A DNA stretch of 52,161 bases, counting the filler, from Sphacelaria rigidula (taxonomy: Eukaryota), in NCBI GenBank assembly GCA_964200075.2. It is 4 parts of 4 records of this genome, joined end to end, with 100 filler letters (N's around TTAATTAATTAA, not from the genome) between each part and the next. Parts side by side here need not be neighbours in the genome. Positions count along the whole stretch, not along the records: positions 1 to 12,969 come from CAXNAA020003260.1; positions 13,070 to 26,034 come from CAXNAA020003261.1; 2 more parts are not named here. One strand, given 5' to 3'. Under the pieces are notes generated by a model. It was not told the DNA's origin, searched no databases, and saw only the letters and a program-made list of their open reading frames with translations. This document shows positions 12,905 through 25,068 of this stretch, one piece after another (the stretch's first letter is position 1; each line of letters begins with the position of its first letter). Made by a program: the position numbers and the translations under genes.

Positions 12905-12969
12905 TTAACCCTTTTGGGACCGGACCCCCACTAACACAGGGTTGACCCTGTGTTCGTGGAATAATGAAA
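12905..12969 (+). mobile_element. piggyBac-like element terminus, truncated by the contig end
   Basis: TTAA + CCCTTTTGGGACCGG...CCCCCACTAACACAGGGTTGACCC. A second copy of this terminus lies at ~25167-25215. Confidence 0.55.
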
Positions 12970-13069
12970 NNNNNNNNNNNNNNNNNNNNNNNNNNNNNNN
13001 NNNNNNNNNNNNNTTAATTAATTAANNNNNNNNNNNNNNNNNNNNNNNNNNNNNNNNNNNNNNNNNNNN
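12970..13069. other. Artificial contig spacer
   Basis: 44 N + TTAATTAATTAA (stops in all six frames) + 44 N. Confidence 0.97.
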
Positions 13070-14337
13070 GACCAAACCTCCTACAGTGTCCCCTAGCTCG
13101 ACTCTGTACACGAGTCACCCTACCCATCCGGGCGTCGGTCCTTAGCACAGAAGAAGGTAGTTGGTCTGTGTTGTAGGAAGACATGATGCACGACATTTTC
13201 GGAACAATATTTCATGTTCACTGCAGTAGCTGGTCTGCAACCGGTGACCCTTGATGCCCAGGGCAACATTATTGCTTCAAAGGGTCCAGGCGTGGCCAGT
13301 TTTCCAGCTATGCAACGCAGTCGAGATGCTTTGCGATTTTCGAGCATACATTCCTCGAGGTGTACGGAGTTGACGTTGCTCGATAAACGTACAAACTACG
13401 CTGTACATTACAACTTGGGCAGCACTTGAACGTACTGAGAGACCTTTAACGTCCTACCCAGCACACATCACACCCCCAGCAGATGCCGCATATGGTGATG
13501 GGAACCATGGCTCAGCACACAGCTCACCGCGTACAGAAGGGCCAGCATTACTGGGGCAGCGCCGAGCTGGCCGAGCAAGATTTGCGCCATCAGTCAGTAC
13601 AAAGTTGCTAAACCTGTGTTCCTCTTCCTTTTCTCCCCGTCAATAACGAAAAGACGTGCAGTATCGTTGTCTTGAATGTTCTACAGATATCAACAGACAA
13701 AGGACGAGGTAATACCGTAGAGTATCAGAATGCTGCCCTTGTCCACGGGCGCACGGACCCCTCGGGGTGCTCTCAACTGGCAGGCTACAGCAGTATTTCG
13801 GCGGAGTGTGCACTGCAATGAGATCGTGGGCCTGAATAGATGGGCCCATACCACATCATTGACAATTTGCGAGTTCTCTTACTTTTCTGCATCCTGTTAT
13901 GTTTGAAAGCAGTAACCGAGCATGGGGCAGTGCAAGATAGGATAGACAGTACGAAAGCTTCGAAGTGTCGATTTTCTGTCAGCAGTGTGGTGAGGTTACT
14001 CCGTGCAGTTAAGTGGGTGAACATTTCCTAATATCCACATCACCTATATATCGTCGGAGCGGCATACAGACAACACAGTAGGTGACAGGATATCACACAC
14101 CCCTTCCGCGTCGCCCAGGGGACAACATCAACAACTTTGAACTGCATCCGTTCAACGTCGATTCTCTCGCGAAGCAAAAGCCTTGCACACCCAGGAGGTT
14201 CTGTTTGTCGGAACACATCGACGAGGCCAGAATTCGTACCGTGGTTGTATGATCTGGCCGTCTCATTCTTCGAGGACATCGAAGAGAGTTGAAAACTTGG
14301 CCTTGGGCAGGGGTAGAGGGTGATATACCCCGTGATA

Positions 14338-14508
14338 ATGACGAGGTGCACCCACCACCCGGCAACCTTGGCTTGGTTGTTCTGCTTGTCTTATGCGGTC
14401 GTCGTCGTTCCGACGCGTTGTGATGGGTTCTTAGGGCTGTCGGTGTCGCTCGCCGAAGCAAAGAAGAAGATATATGGTCTTCGGGACGGCGAGTTGCCCA
14501 AGACAACG
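14338..14508 (+). CDS. Peptide:N-glycanase-like gene, putative exon 1 encoding a signal-peptide-like leader
   Basis: ATG at 14338 with an in-frame upstream TAG at 14314. MTRCTHHPATLAWLFCLSYAVVVVPTRCDGFLGLSV...LPKTT ends at a GTGCGT donor, phase 0, matching the next exon. Confidence 0.65.
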
Positions 14509-15078
14509 GTGCGTCGCTGTGCCGATACACGGGATGATTGATGCTCGGTTGTTCGTTCAAATGTACTGTACACCTACCGGTACATTGCCCCCTCAATGTC
14601 TCGAGAAAGCGTCGCGCACAGCAGCGATTAGCACCATGGCTGTGTCGGAGCTGCTGACTTTTCGGGTTGATGCATACATGAAGGGTGGTGGCTGCCATCG
14701 TACTCGCGTATTGCGCACGTCAAAATTGATACAAAACGGCTCCAACACGGTATCGGAGTTCAGGATCCACGTCGAGAATGGTTGTCGCACGCAGCTCATG
14801 TAGTTGGGGGACCTGTCACATATACAGATCATAGCTGAACATGACTGCGCAACAATCGGTCACTCTACGCGACCAGCAGAGCGTAATTAGAAACTCGCAT
14901 GGTCTCGAAAACCTAGTGTGTCAGTTACGTCGATGACCAAGCCTTCGCGAATACTGCGGAGAAAAACTGCGCAATACAAACCCTTCGACATTTGGGTTGC
15001 AGAATCTCCCTTGGCGAACGCACCCATTTAAACTCATGTTAAAAATGTCCGCACGATACGAACGCCAATCAACAACAG

Positions 15079-16326
15079 GGGCTGCGAGCTATAAGATGGA
15101 GCCAGGCACGCGACGGAGCCTCGAGACAAGAGGTCAACGGTGGCGATGACCACTCCGGCCTACGACTGTCACAATGGATCAGGACGGCGCGCGGCGGCGG
15201 GAGCAGCGAATCCGACAACCGTGGGCATCGCGATGTCTTTTCTTGTGCTGATGCTGGTGCTACCCACCACGAAGACAACCGCGGTTACAACCACCCTCGC
15301 CACGAACAGCAACAAATTCAGGATCAAGGGTGGCCGAGATCAACTGCTCCGCGATCTTCCCCATATACAAAAAGAACGACTCGCTCCCAACTCTTTGCGG
15401 CAACAGCAGCAGCCGATGAGGAGAGCGCTGCAAAAGAGAACACTGTCCTGCCTAATGACCAACAACAAATCGTTTCACCGCCGCCGACAGGCACAAGAAC
15501 GACGCCACGCGCGGAAGATTCGACATCCGATGGCTGTGATACGATGGAAACCACCACCGGGTCCAATGGACAAGGTAGCGGGCCCGGCGTCAGCGCTAGG
15601 AACAGTGCAGGCACTGGGGGCGGCACAGAGAATTCCAGGAGCGGCCCTCACAAAGAATCGGCGCACCTCAAGCTTCGGAACTTGCATGTCGGCCGGAGTG
15701 GAGCACATGATCGGTGTCAACCGCAGGATGCTGCGAGGATGGAGCGGACAGATAGTGATTCGCGGCAGGAAGACCGCGACGTGGAAGCGGCGGCCCCGGC
15801 GGCAGCAGACGACGAAATCAACAACGGCGGGAGTGCAGTAGCGAGCGTCCCCCCCGGCATAGTCTGCCTCCTCGAGTACTGTGCTCCGTCGCTGCAACAG
15901 GGAGAGAGCGGCAGGGAATCACAACAACAACAACAACGGCTTGCGAGCTTCGGGAGCGATGGGGCTAAGTTTGCGATGTTCCTCGACGAGGCTGTCCACC
16001 GGGGTGAGATCGTGGCACCCCCAGACGAGGCCCCGAAGACGGTGGTGGGAGTAGCAACAGTAGCAGCGGCGACCGGAATGGGTAGGGGGCAGGTCAACTT
16101 TAGTGGCGATGGTGATGGCGGTGCTGGCGATACTGGTAGTCAAGAAGAAAACGAACACAACGTTATTTTTCCGGCAGCAAAAATGCGGAAGGTGACTGTT
16201 GCGTCCTCCTCTGCCGTGCTAAAAGCAACTTCAGATTCAGTCGCACCAACAACGGACGGACGACTGCGAGAAGGAACGGCGGCGGTACCGGCGTCGACAC
16301 AGCAACGGGGGACCGACTATGGCAAT

Positions 16327-16359
<33 letters not shown>

Positions 16360-16929
16360 AACGATCGCTATGGTCGTTCGTCAGGTTATATGATCAACAC
16401 CGCACCACGCTCGTTGTCGCAACCCACAGCTCTAGAGTCATCGCAAAATTGCGGGGAGATGGATCCATCGCAACCCGTTGGCACAGGTTCGGCGGAGGAC
16501 TTCGGGAACATGGCGCACAGCCAACGAGACGACGCCAGGACAGCAGCGAGCGTAGAGTCTACCGGAGGGCTGGTAGCACCGGGTTATGCAAGACACGTCT
16601 CGACCGAACCTGAAGATGAGGATCGAGCGGCTGGGGCCGCGACCGAATCGACGGCTGCATGGCTAGAGGCAACGACGGCGGATGTGATGGCTACGGCGGG
16701 CAGGTGGGCGGGGTGGGTGACGGTGTCGGCGGTGAACGTGACGGAAGAGGCCGTGAACGACGACTTGCGGAAGTTGTGGTACGACGGCAGGTTGCTGTCT
16801 GAGGAGCGCGACGCGATTGACATCTTGAACGGGCGCGAGGTGGGCGCATGTAATGTTATGTCGGTGGCTTTTGATATGCCGGGGCTCTTCCGTCGTGTCA
16901 CTTCGAGTGGTTGCTTGTCTGAACACAGC
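15079..16929 (+). CDS. PNGase-like gene, exon 2 (617 codons, mostly low-complexity A/G/S/T/D/E-rich with poly-Q and poly-N)
   Basis: CAACAG acceptor just after an in-frame stop at 15040. The frame is open for 1851 nt and contains ORF 15544..16965. GTGCGT donor at 16930 gives phase 0. (AAC)n tract at ~16323-16363. Confidence 0.75.
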
Positions 16930-17264
16930 GTGCGTGAAGGTACTTCTTGCTCATTGCATTTTTAGCAATTTCTGGCGGGACATGACGATGTATTTTTCTA
17001 CCGATAATGTTGCCCTTGTTCTTGGTTCTATTTCTTGTTATCTTCGTCATTTCATTTCATTCTTCCTGCCGCCGCTGCTTCTGCTACTGATGATGATGAT
17101 TATAATGATGGTGATGTACTCATCGTTGATACCGTCGTTGCTTCTGTCGCTTCTCCTTCCAGGGTTATTGCGTAAGTTTGGCCACGATCCTCACGGCTGT
17201 CTTCGTGCGCGTCTGTCCCTGTCCGTGTTTTCTTCCTTCGCCTCTTTTGCAACTACACACCCAG

Positions 17265-17375
17265 AAAAACTTCACAGAGCTGTTACTGGCGTACACATCG
17301 CGGACCAAGTCCAACCACGGCGAAGACATTCCTCAGCAGCAGCTCCTTCGCTTTTTGAGTCAGTACGACCCAAAT
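17265..17375 (+). CDS. PNGase-like gene, exon 3 (KNFTELLLAY...LLRFLSQYDPN)
   Basis: Pyrimidine tract plus CCCAG acceptor, GTGAGA donor, 111 nt, phase 0/0. Confidence 0.7.
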
Positions 17376-18055
17376 GTGAGAGCCCCGGCCTGTAATACCG
17401 ACTTGAGGAATAGACGCCTACACGGGGGACTCGTCCTAGCCTCTCTACTCGTCGGATACATTGACATTCACCCTTCGACCGCCAGGGTGGGTCGCCCGGG
17501 TCAACAGTCACCTTTCAAGTGACAACTACAGTATAGCGGTTCAACAGATGACCCGACCCACCGTGGGGGACGTAGGCTCGGCACCACAAATACCAGTGTA
17601 GGGAAATGGAAGCGGTGGATATGGTGCAATCGCCGAATATATCGTGCTCAATGGGGTACATTTTGCAGGCGCCTGACGCATAATCAGAAGAAGCGAAAGA
17701 GCGTCGAAGGGTGGGATACACTCAAATGTGTCGGACGAGAAGTACCACCTCCGTTTCCACTGTGTACTGTATGCAAGACGGTGTACTTACTTACTGGAAT
17801 GCGTTGAGTCCGTCCCCAACTCCGCCATGGAGAGAAACACCTACTGCTGTACTTTTGTTTTTCGTCTTTTTTTCACCTCTCACGGCGTCGGATAGCATCC
17901 TCACTGCACCGTATTGACGTGCCTGGCTGGGTTGTTGGCCTCGGTGTACCCCACATAAACGAGTCCTCTCGCGCATATACATGGCCCCCCTCTCATCGTA
18001 GCTGCCGCTTGTCTGTCTCTGATGCCCCCACCACTATTTGTTCGTTCGCGGCAAG

Positions 18056-18142
18056 GTAAAAACGCTCTGTGGGTTCCACCCGGATCGGCCGAAAGAGGAC
18101 ATGATGGCGGCGCTAAAGGGCTTATTGGAGTGGTTTCGAACC
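18056..18142 (+). CDS. PNGase-like gene, exon 4 (VKTLCGFHPDRPKEDMMAALKGLLEWFRT)
   Basis: AAG acceptor and GTGAGT donor, 87 nt. 'LKGLLEWFRT|EF' corresponds to the conserved PNGase 'LL.WFK..FF' helix. Confidence 0.8.
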
Positions 18143-18844
18143 GTGAGTATTTTTTTGTCGGAGTAGGGTTCAGATCGACAAAGGTGAAAGTCCACTACCC
18201 CGACGGTTATAGCCATCCTTCTCTGAGTGAGCACTAGCGGCAGCGCCCCGCGAGGCGGGTAAAGCGCGATGGGCAAGTGAGCCAAAACACGAATTTCGAA
18301 ATTACGAGAAGTGTGCTTCACGTACGAGTTTCGGAACAGTATGTTTGCCTTTTATCTTGTGGGAATGACCGGCGATGGCAGAAGTAGATTCAGCAGAGAG
18401 GGGGGGAGAGGGACCTTACCCCCTAAACGCCTGAAACCCTATTGTTCGCCAGAACGAGCGATCTGCTGGGTCGGCATCATCTGTACTAGTAAAATAACGA
18501 AAAAAAAGCGAATGACCCACCCTGGCAGTCAAAGAGTAACCCTTATCTGCAATTTGTTTTGGGACATTCACTGCAGAATTTGTTTTTTGGTTATTTGTTG
18601 TCGAGTTATAGTACAGCCGTATTCGTATTGATCCCGTATGGACTCATTGAAAATGAGTACAATAGTTCGCGAGGTTTTTGAATGAAATGCACAATAAAAC
18701 ATTAAATACAAATCTGAGGGGGAGGGGGGAAGAGGGGGACGTAATCATTTTACATATCTCATCCCCTTCCTGTTCCGTCGTCTGTGTGGTTATCGTTGGA
18801 CTACCAGACTTTGCATGTTTGTTCAGCTGAAATGTGCCTCTCCC

Positions 18845-19140
18845 CCCTCTCCTTACATTCACATAAAGAGCAGGGCCCACATAGTGGGAGGACGTGAACT
18901 ATACAAGGAGGAGCGGGACGTGTTGGCGGGTAAAACGTGGGAAATAAACGAATATGGCATGAAATTGTTTGATAGATTGGTGGCGAGAAAACGATGGCTA
19001 TACTGGGAGATAGATGCTGGCCGCAGACGACGTAAAACGTTTTTTTTGTCCATGTAAGGAAAACAAGAAGTGAGCGCCCGAATGTGGGAGGTATGTCCAT
19101 CAGGAGTAGGGGCGGTGCTCCGTCTCGAAAGGGACGTGCG
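18845..19140 (+). mobile_element. Degenerate 3' fragment of a LINE-type ORF inside a PNGase intron
   Basis: Translates (with a frameshift) to SRAHIVGGRELYKEERDVL...EKTMAILGDRCWPQT, resembling the C-terminal end of a non-LTR retrotransposon ORF (recognised from memory). Not needed for the PNGase frame. Confidence 0.55.
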
Positions 19141-19340
19141 GTCAACGATCAATGAATAAGTCAAGCAACAAATGAGTACCCCCCCGTCCCCCTCAGATTC
19201 GTTTTTGATGTTTTATTTTCATTCTCTCTTTTCCTTTGTTGCCTTGTTGGGATTCGGGACTTTGAGGTAAGGTAAGTATCTGGTGAACACTGTTTTTGAA
19301 TCGATGATGGATGTTTTTTTTTTGGTACAAGGTAATCAGT

Positions 19341-19720
19341 CGCCCTTGTGGCTCTGTTGGTAACCTCGAAACCCTCTGGCGGTTGGGTCGTGGGTTCGAA
19401 TCTCGGAGCGATCTGGGATTTTTTTTCACACAAAGCCCAACAGTGGAGAGCGACCATGTCGTGGGTACACAAAGTTCGACATAACGGTCGACGAGGGAGA
19501 GTGACTACTGAACCCCTATCGCAATAAAAAATAAAGGCAAGCACCGCAGAAGGAAGGTGGAGAACTAAAAACAAATAAAAAAGAAACACTTCTGTGTTAC
19601 CCTCCCTCCTGTGTGACCCCGGCTGGAGCGTCCACATATACCGAAAGGTGTAGACCGGCGTCCAGAATTGATGGGATGACAACACAACACAACAACACAA
19701 CAACACAACACAACAACACA
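19341..19720 (+). mobile_element. tRNA-derived SINE with (ACAAC)n tail
   Basis: A-box-like tggctctgttgg, B box GGTTCGAATC, unique body, 3' microsatellite aacacaacacaac at ~19680-19720. Confidence 0.65.
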
Positions 19721-20249
19721 ACTCAAGGTCGACAATCGTTTGTTTTTTTGCCAGCAATGAAAATGTCGGCCCGATAAGTACACCTTTACACTTTATCGTT
19801 TCTGTGCAGAGCTTTCATGAGTACGATCTTTATATACATTAGAACATCAGGTTGGATCATTCAAGGCTTCCACTCTATCTACATTCCGCTGCAAGGACAC
19901 CACCTGTGGTCCTTCGCCCCCTTTAGAACGTGACCGAATATCCAAGTGAATCCATGTACTGACTGTAGATCGCAGATGACGATCCCCGCGGTCCAGGAAT
20001 ATTCCCAAAAGATTTTACCGAGCATCATCGTTGTTTACGAACTGCACGAAAAGATACCACAGCCCCGAAAGGTAATTTCGCCTGCATCTCCATGGATAAT
20101 GTCACTTCGCAAACCAATACTTCTTATTATGCGGCTACCAATCGGATGCTCGCGAAGAAATAACTGACCAATCGGGACAGTGCAGGCACGAAGAATATGT
20201 ATCTTCCTTGTCTTGGTCACAAAATCGCTCCTTCTTGCTGGTACGACAG

Positions 20250-20429
20250 GAGTTCCCTTACTACTACGGTGGGTGCTTGGCGTGTCAAAATGAGAAGAAC
20301 AACACGTTCGTTGGCTACGTCTACCCCTCCGAAGCGGAGCGCACTTTCTTGGCTGGCCGAACGGAGTTGCATCACTGCCCTGCCTGCGGGAACATCACTC
20401 GGTTTCCGCGGTACAACGCTGTGTCCAAG
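20250..20429 (+). CDS. PNG1: Peptide:N-glycanase (PNG1/NGLY1 family) exon 5, zinc-binding region
   Basis: ACAG acceptor and GTACGT donor, 180 nt. EFPYYYGGCLAC...AGRTELHHCPACGNITRFPRYN carries two CxxC motifs and the RFPRYN signature. Confidence 0.95.
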
Positions 20430-21039
20430 GTACGTGGCTCGTTGTTTGTTGTCGTTGAATGGTGAAGAATGGTGGGGGTGTACGAGGTTGCACACGTGGG
20501 GCCCGCATGGTTCAGCACTGAAGTATTCTATAGTGAGGAGCCTCACAGGCTGGTCCACCCTAGAAGCGGGTTCAAGCTCTCAAAGCAATATATCATCGAT
20601 ACAGACGAGCTGGGCCGTGATCCGCATATCGTATAAATCGTCTGATCAAGGGGAAATTGCCTATCCGCTCAAAAATGTTGGTCAATTCTTTCTCATTGAG
20701 TAAATCCCATGTCTAGTAATTCCTATACCGTACGGAGATAGCGTCCATACTGAAGTCTATATGAAACCCCGAACGATGTACATAGCGGATGATGACAATT
20801 TTGTTGTGGACATTCCCTGGAGCACGGGGAAACGATAGATACCCTTACCTTCACCTAATTCGTCATCGATGTCGAGATATGGCGCACAAAACATTCTATA
20901 CTCGAATCAATATATTACGAGGATACACTAAATGCATCAAATGCACTAAATTTGAATATCGCGTCTCAGCTTTTGAGAGTCGTGTTTTGAAATTTTGTGT
21001 GAAGAATCGCTAGTGCATAATAAAATTAAGCAAAGCAGA

Positions 21040-21137
21040 TTTTTCATTTTCTTCATATTTTCTTCATATTTTCTTCATATTTTCTTCATATTTTCTTCGT
21101 ATTTTCTCTCTATTTTTTTTCATATTTTCTTCATTTT
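21040..21137 (+). repeat. Short tandem repeat (TTTTCTTCATA-type units)
   Basis: About 7-8 near-identical units visible directly. Confidence 0.85.
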
Positions 21138-21801
21138 TATTGTCTTCGAGAGTAGTTTTGAGGGAAATTGAACATTGGTGTTGGACCTTACCTCATTTTT
21201 TCAAGCAAATTTTTTAGAATAGGGTTTGAAACTTAGCATGGAGAATCGCAAATGCATGCTGCATTCAAAAACAAAACGGACCTTCAATTTCCTTTTTTTT
21301 TTAGAGAGGTTAGTCCGTCCTCGTGAAAAATGGTGGTTACCATATTAAAACGCCCTAAACCAGTGAAAAAATAAAATAAAAACCGACCTGAATCACTTCC
21401 TCGGCTCATTTTGCCCTCGCGAGGTCCCAATCAAAATTTCAATACACAAACAACACCAAACGTGGGCCGGTAAGTGGCCTGCAACATACTGTTCCTAATT
21501 TCTACCCCACTGGTTACCAGACGGTCCATTCTTATAATTTTTTTAGAGAGTTGGCCCCTAAGATTTGGTATGGACAATGAATAGGGCATAATTGAAAAAG
21601 GAAAGACCGACCCCTTTTTTTTTTTTATACGAGTTAGGAATCACTTTTCACGTCTCAGTAAAATGCCGTTAAATCATGAGAGAAAAAAATGCTTTGGGTC
21701 GTTATTTCCTTTTTTTTATTGTGCCCTCTTCATTGTTCATACCACATGTCAGGGACCAACTCTAAAACTTGAGGTGAGAATGAGTCTGCAAACGAGGCGA
21801 C

Positions 21802-22110
21802 CTGAGGATTTGTACGTAAACAATGGTTGGTACTATGGAGATGCCGCCAACCTTAACGCTTACCCTAACCCTAACCCCGACCAAGGCATACCGAGACCCT
21901 CGGGCAAGGGGGTGCAGAGTGTTCCCTATGAAAAGTGTGCGTTGCCAGAGCTCAAATCGACGCCTTTCAGCTGATTTTGGACCAGAACACGTTCTGGACG
22001 AGCTGGGTCCACTGCTCACCTGCCCCAGACCATGCATTTTCTCAGAACTTTGTTCAGTCTAAAATCAAGTAAAATCGATAACCAATCATTGTTTACGTAC
22101 AAATCCTCAG
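21802..22110. mobile_element. MITE with 30-bp TIRs and an internal telomere-like tract
   Basis: CTGAGGATTTGTACGTAAACAATGGTTGGT (21802-21831) versus ACCAATCATTGTTTACGTACAAATCCTCAG (22081-22110), one mismatch. Internal aaccttaacgcttaccctaaccctaaccc. Confidence 0.8.
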
Positions 22111-22224
22111 CTCTACTGCTGCAAACTACAAATCCGCTTCTAGGCTGGCCCAGCTCGTAGTTTTTCTTTTTGTGCACCCCTATCGTGGCACCTCTCCGTT
22201 GTTGTTGTTGTTATTGTGATTGTT

Positions 22225-22320
22225 TCATCTTATTATATCCGCACATTAGCCCGATTTCTCAGACCCGTGGTCATAGACGTATGCTCGTCTTTCCAATACC
22301 GACCCTGCTATTCCTTTTAA
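22225..22320 (-). repeat. Retroposon 3'-end repeat (second copy at ~45060-45160, + strand)
   Basis: Reverse complement matches aaggaatagcaggg.cggtattggaa.g.cgagc.tacgtct.tgaccacggg...ctaatgtgcgg followed by an (AAT/AAC)n tail. Confidence 0.65.
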
Positions 22321-24906
22321 GCCTCTACCGGTCTGGAACCGAGGGACCTTGCTTGGTCAGGTGCTGTGAGGGTGGAGTGTCACACAGTATCGACACCGGT
22401 ACCGACTTGTCGGGTTTCCAGGGTCACCGGAGCGGTGTTTCTGACGAGCAGCGTATTCCATCTAGCGAGAAATCCGCGAGAAAACATCGTAGCCGGGAAA
22501 AAAATGAGATAAAAAAAGGCACGCTTCCACTCCCCAAATTTTGCAGTAAAAAAATCACCTGTACCGCGTTGAGTACCCGCGGTCCAGTCAATCCTGTCTT
22601 CTGCATACATATAATTTATGACGCACAATTCGCACATATATTCCACCCGCCGCATGAAGAACGTGTAGTTTCGCCCACGTTGCCGTGCGTATCTGGCGCC
22701 TTAATCGACATGAATTAGCAGCAGGAGGGACTGCTGAGAAAAAACATGAAGTTTTTTTTCGCAACTATGTACACCTTACTTGGTCATGCTCCAATTTGGC
22801 GAGTGCTGCGTACCGTGCAACGGTGGTACAGTAGAGAGCCGTCTCTCACACCGTGCGGTGTTGAAAAAACGGCCCGGCAATCGAGAGCAACACCAGAAAC
22901 GTGTAAAAACAAACAGAATGGTACAAGACGAGCCTTGAAAAAGTGTGGCATTTGGCGGATCACGTAGCAAGGGAGCACATCTCGCGCATGTCTTTTGATC
23001 CCAAACTAGCGTGTAAGGAGCCTCATGCTGTTGCGCGTTTTTTCACCCGCATGAAATATCGTGCATTTCACCCCCTCCCCCCCCGCCCTTCTTTATCGCA
23101 ATGCACGGGAAAGCCCATGCGCACGTCCATTTTCACGGCTTTTGGCGGGTGTAGGGAAGAGAGCTACCGTCGATTGGTTCTACATTAGGGGTGCACTTCT
23201 TTGGCCAAATCTCATCTGAGGTATATTTAAATTGTGCTACTAAAACGATATCAAATCTCATAATTTGTCGTGTTTGCCTTCTAGAGGATGTGCCGCACGT
23301 CCAGCGCGAGCTAGATTTCGTGTATGCCACTGTATAGTCATTATCGGCAGATGCCTGAATCCAGCCCCCCTACTGTACCCAGAAATGTTTTGTACCCCCC
23401 TGGCGTAGAACCACTCCGTAGATTAAGCCGATGGTGGGTACATATATCTCGTCTCATCGTAGACTGTGGAGTGTGTCATTAGTCAGGCTGAATATCAGTT
23501 AGGCTTGTGGGAACCACGACTCCAACTTTCTTTATAGACATGGCCCCGTTCGTCGACACACGCATATTTATATACATATATACATGTATCAAAAATAAAA
23601 CTGGCTACAGAGTGCAGATCATGTACCTCCTCAAAGGAGGTGCCTACTGTGCTATAGTTAGGCTCATTGAAAAAATATAAAATTACGGAGATGATACTCA
23701 TAGGGGAAAAACAGAGTCATGGTTATCGAGAAAGGTAAGGATGAAATTGCCCATATTTGAGGATTTGGGGGGATTTTTCGGGGAGGGGGGTTCTTTATTG
23801 GATTATTTCGCATGTTTTTTCTCAGAATTTCGATGTCTAATCACCCACTATCAACCACGACCACGATGAACTTTCCCGTACACACCCCCACACGTCGTAA
23901 GCGGGCAGATGCAGCATCATTAAATCTCCATTATACCATGACGGTGGAGATAGCGCTGGCCATTCCGCCAGGAAACTCAAGGGTGCCGAAGGGTATTCAT
24001 TCTAGGTCCGCTCACCAAGCGTTACGATTTTGGTCCCGAGTACCCGACAAGACTATGGCACAGATACAAAGCTCAGATGGGCGACGCTGGGGAACCCGAC
24101 CTCTCAATCAAACGTCGGAGTGGGCAACCGTCGCTTCTTACTCCAACAAAGGCCGCGGCGTGCAGCCCGTCAACAAACCTTTTTGACATTTTTGTTTTTA
24201 CTCCCCCCCCCTCACGCTCTCTCCCTCCGTTTCGAAAGGAATGCGTAGTCAATGGTCAAACGACTGAGGCAAGCAACGAATGAGTACGCCCCCGCCCCCA
24301 GCCCCTCCCGGGCTTGGTCCGGCGAAACCGCGGAGTGCTCCATCCCGGCTTTGTAGGGATGCCAGGTCAAGGGCACTTTGTATACATAACCGACTTTGCT
24401 TATGGGACAAATGTTATGCATATATTGGTCATACTATTCACTCTTACCCCTTCCTCGGGACGAGCGGGTAGTCTCAAAGGGATCAACCCTTCCCTCCAAG
24501 GGTAACGTGCTCGTATATACATACCTGACATTTTGGTACAATTATTCCGGATCGGATCACATAAATAATGCCGGGAGAATAAGGCCTGCGGTATTCGCTC
24601 AAAAAACAAGTCACCACGCGCGCAACAAGTAGTCTGTCACGAACAAAACGCTGCATGTGAGTTGTAGGTGCCAATCGAAATATCTTGAGTCAACTTCTTT
24701 TCCCAGGGTGTGTGTCTCGGACCCACAGAATGCGTGTGCACTGAAAAAAAAACACCATCCATTTGAGAGAGAACTGGAAAGTGAATGCGCTGCTGCTTGG
24801 GTGTTACCACCGTATCATTTTTTTATTCTAATTTTGTCTTATTATTTTCCTTTTTATTGAAAAAAAAATGTTATATATATATATGTGTGTATGTGTGATT
24901 CAACAG

Positions 24907-25068
24907 GTTTTGGAAACCCGACGGGGGAGGTGCGGGGAATACAGCGTGCTGATGCTGCGATTCCTAGAGGCCCTGGGCTACGAAGCCCGGTGGATTGTTG
25001 ACTGGGCGGACCATGTTTGGGCCGAAGCGCGAATTGGAGGCAGATGGTTGCACGTCGACCCCTGTGAG
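24907..25068 (+). CDS. PNG1: Peptide:N-glycanase exon 6, transglutaminase-like catalytic core; 3' exons missing from this contig
   Basis: AACAG acceptor and GTGGGT donor, 162 nt. VLETRRGRCGEY...DWADHVWAE...RWLHVDPCE contains the Cys-His-Asp triad. Confidence 0.97.

Noticed and set aside
15140..16158. Overlapping ORFs 15140..15841 (+) and several antisense ORFs as separate genes
   Set aside because: Shadow frames of the GC-rich PNGase exon 2.
16853..17395. Hydrophobic 180-aa ORF as a membrane protein
   Set aside because: Mostly spans PNGase intron 2; the hydrophobicity comes from T-rich and (ATG/CTG)n simple sequence.
18815..19057. 80-aa ORF as an extra PNGase exon
   Set aside because: Exons 4 and 5 already join in frame (WFRT|EFPYY). 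The candidate ends in phase 2 and resembles a LINE C-terminal relic.
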